64,000 bases of DNA from Camelus ferus. Lineage: Eukaryota. The stretch spans positions 42,720,001 through 42,784,000 of the forward strand of contig NC_045697.1 in assembly GCF_009834535.1 (NCBI RefSeq), written 5' to 3'. The notes under the pieces are model-generated. The model saw only the letters and a program-made list of their open reading frames with translations. It had not been told where the DNA came from and did no database searches. This document shows positions 62,409 through 64,000 of this stretch, piece by piece; position 1 is the stretch's first letter, and every line of letters begins with the position of its first letter. A program made the position numbers and the translations under genes.

Positions 62409-64000
62409 GTATTAAGTTAATAATGAAAATTCACACCCAACTACTCATGGCTCTAATGTTTTTAACAGTAGAGCCCCTAAGCCAACCCCCATCCTCCCTA
62501 AAGAAGATCAACAGGGAAAAAAGGAAGAGGTACTTGGACTTCTAACCTCTCTCCCCTCTGTCCCGCCCACACTGGGGTCTTGCTCCCTCTTCTCAAAGCT
62601 CCAGAAGGACTCTGGTTGGGCAGTGATTCTAAAGGGGGCAGCAATGGAGGATGGAAAATACCAGTAGGTAAAAAAGTCTCTGGGAGAAACTTTTAAAAGC
62701 TGTATAAATGCCCAGCCCTGGTATATCCTTTCCCCCAAGGGAGGGGTTGAACCTATGAGACTTTGCTGATACGAATGCAGGTAAGCCAGGAAAAGAGGCT
62801 GAGAAACATGGCCATAGAGTTCCTCTGGGCCTCCTCCTTGAAGGGCAGAGTCCTAGGTAGCCAGGAGGGCAGAAGGACAGGAAAGGGGTGGTTGCCCTCT
62901 GGTTCTCATGGATGCAATTGGATCCCACTGCTCACAAAGTAAAGTATTCACATTTCTCTTCAGCGACTATTACCATTTTTTTTAATCTCCTACAATGGAA
63001 ACTGTGATTCCAATCCAACTTTTTGACCCCTATTCCCTAATAAATACATACCTTCTGCTCAGGAGAGCCAGGAATGTCCCACCATCTGCAGCACACACCT
63101 CTTCTGTCCCCACCAAGAACCTGCTGGGTGCTGCTTCCACAACCCAGACATGCTTCACTCTCGAGCAAGTCTTAGTTTAAGTGACTGTCTCTCTCTCGCC
63201 TTCACCAAGAAGCCTCTAGAATCACTGCAGCCCATCCTGACCTACTTTTTTTCTCCCTACACTTAAAATCAATCCTGCATGGTTTAGCTTTTAATTACTC
63301 TTCAACTACTTAATCTACCTAAAATTTCCATACACTTCACAACTCATGAAGAAACTTTTCAAAAGGAAAAATCAGCTATTACTAAAATCAAGAAACTATT
63401 TTTTGACTACTGTAAAACCCAAAGGTTATACACTTGTTTTGATAAGACACTGGCCCTCTGGCTGACACTAATCAAACAACTGTATTCAAAGGCATGGCCA
63501 GGTAGGTTCATTATGAACTATATCATCATGTTTCCTGATCAAGGTCCTGATAATTAAGAAACCTGAAAAGTTTTAAAAAGGTATAAAAATTTAATTATTA
63601 AGAGTTATTTGATTTTTTTTTTTTTACCATTTTTGCATGTATTTGTACATACACAATACTCCAGGGGCCAGTAACTGCTGGTGCTATTTAGAAGGGTGCC
63701 TTGCACACTGCCCCCATCAGTCTTCCTCTTCCCTCTGACCACCCTCCTTGTTGCACACCACGGGGCCCAGGGCCTGACAGAGACCAAACCAGGAGCAGTA
63801 AGGTGGGGCTATCCCTCCTCTCACAACCCTGGCCCTCCGAGGGCTTTGGGGGCCTTTGAGGAGGGTGAGTCAGCCTGCAGGGGTAGAAAGGGAGGGAGGG
63901 AGACAGATGTTCAGCTTGGGCTTCCCCCTCCCACGTCTCCCCACCCTGAATAAACCACTGATCACTTACAAAACAAAACAAAACAAAAAAACCCAAAATA

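Noticed and set aside
1..64000. CRISPR array, prokaryotic operon or novel defence system
   Set aside because: The window is intron-exon structured mammalian DNA; I found no regularly spaced repeat-spacer array or dense prokaryotic coding region

Overview
Mammalian genomic DNA, most likely a camelid (inferred from two Vic-1-like tRNA-derived SINEs). It holds the 3' ends of two convergent genes. On the + strand are the last 7 coding exons of WDFY3/ALFY (WD40 repeats, LIR motif, FYVE finger; stop TGA 13572-13574) and a ~3.25 kb 3'UTR. On the - strand are 9 consecutive coding exons of CDS1 (CDP-diacylglycerol synthase 1; stop at 31993-31995) and a ~2.8 kb 3'UTR. All 16 exons were traced by hand with GT-AG boundaries and consistent phases, and both frames are intact. 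The rest is introns plus a ~12 kb intergenic spacer filled with old L1, L2, MIR, hAT (Charlie1a-like, MER58-like), Tigger1, a solo ERV LTR, SINEs and microsatellites. Almost all ORFs in the supplied track are chance or repeat-derived. I found no evidence of a previously undescribed biological system. The most noteworthy observations are a ~180 bp dispersed duplication bracketing a CDS1 exon, strong exon-to-exon swings in GC3 in WDFY3, a miR-17~92-type site cluster between two polyA signals, and a nested, rearranged L1 stack. Protein identities and repeat family names come from recall of known sequences, not from a database search.
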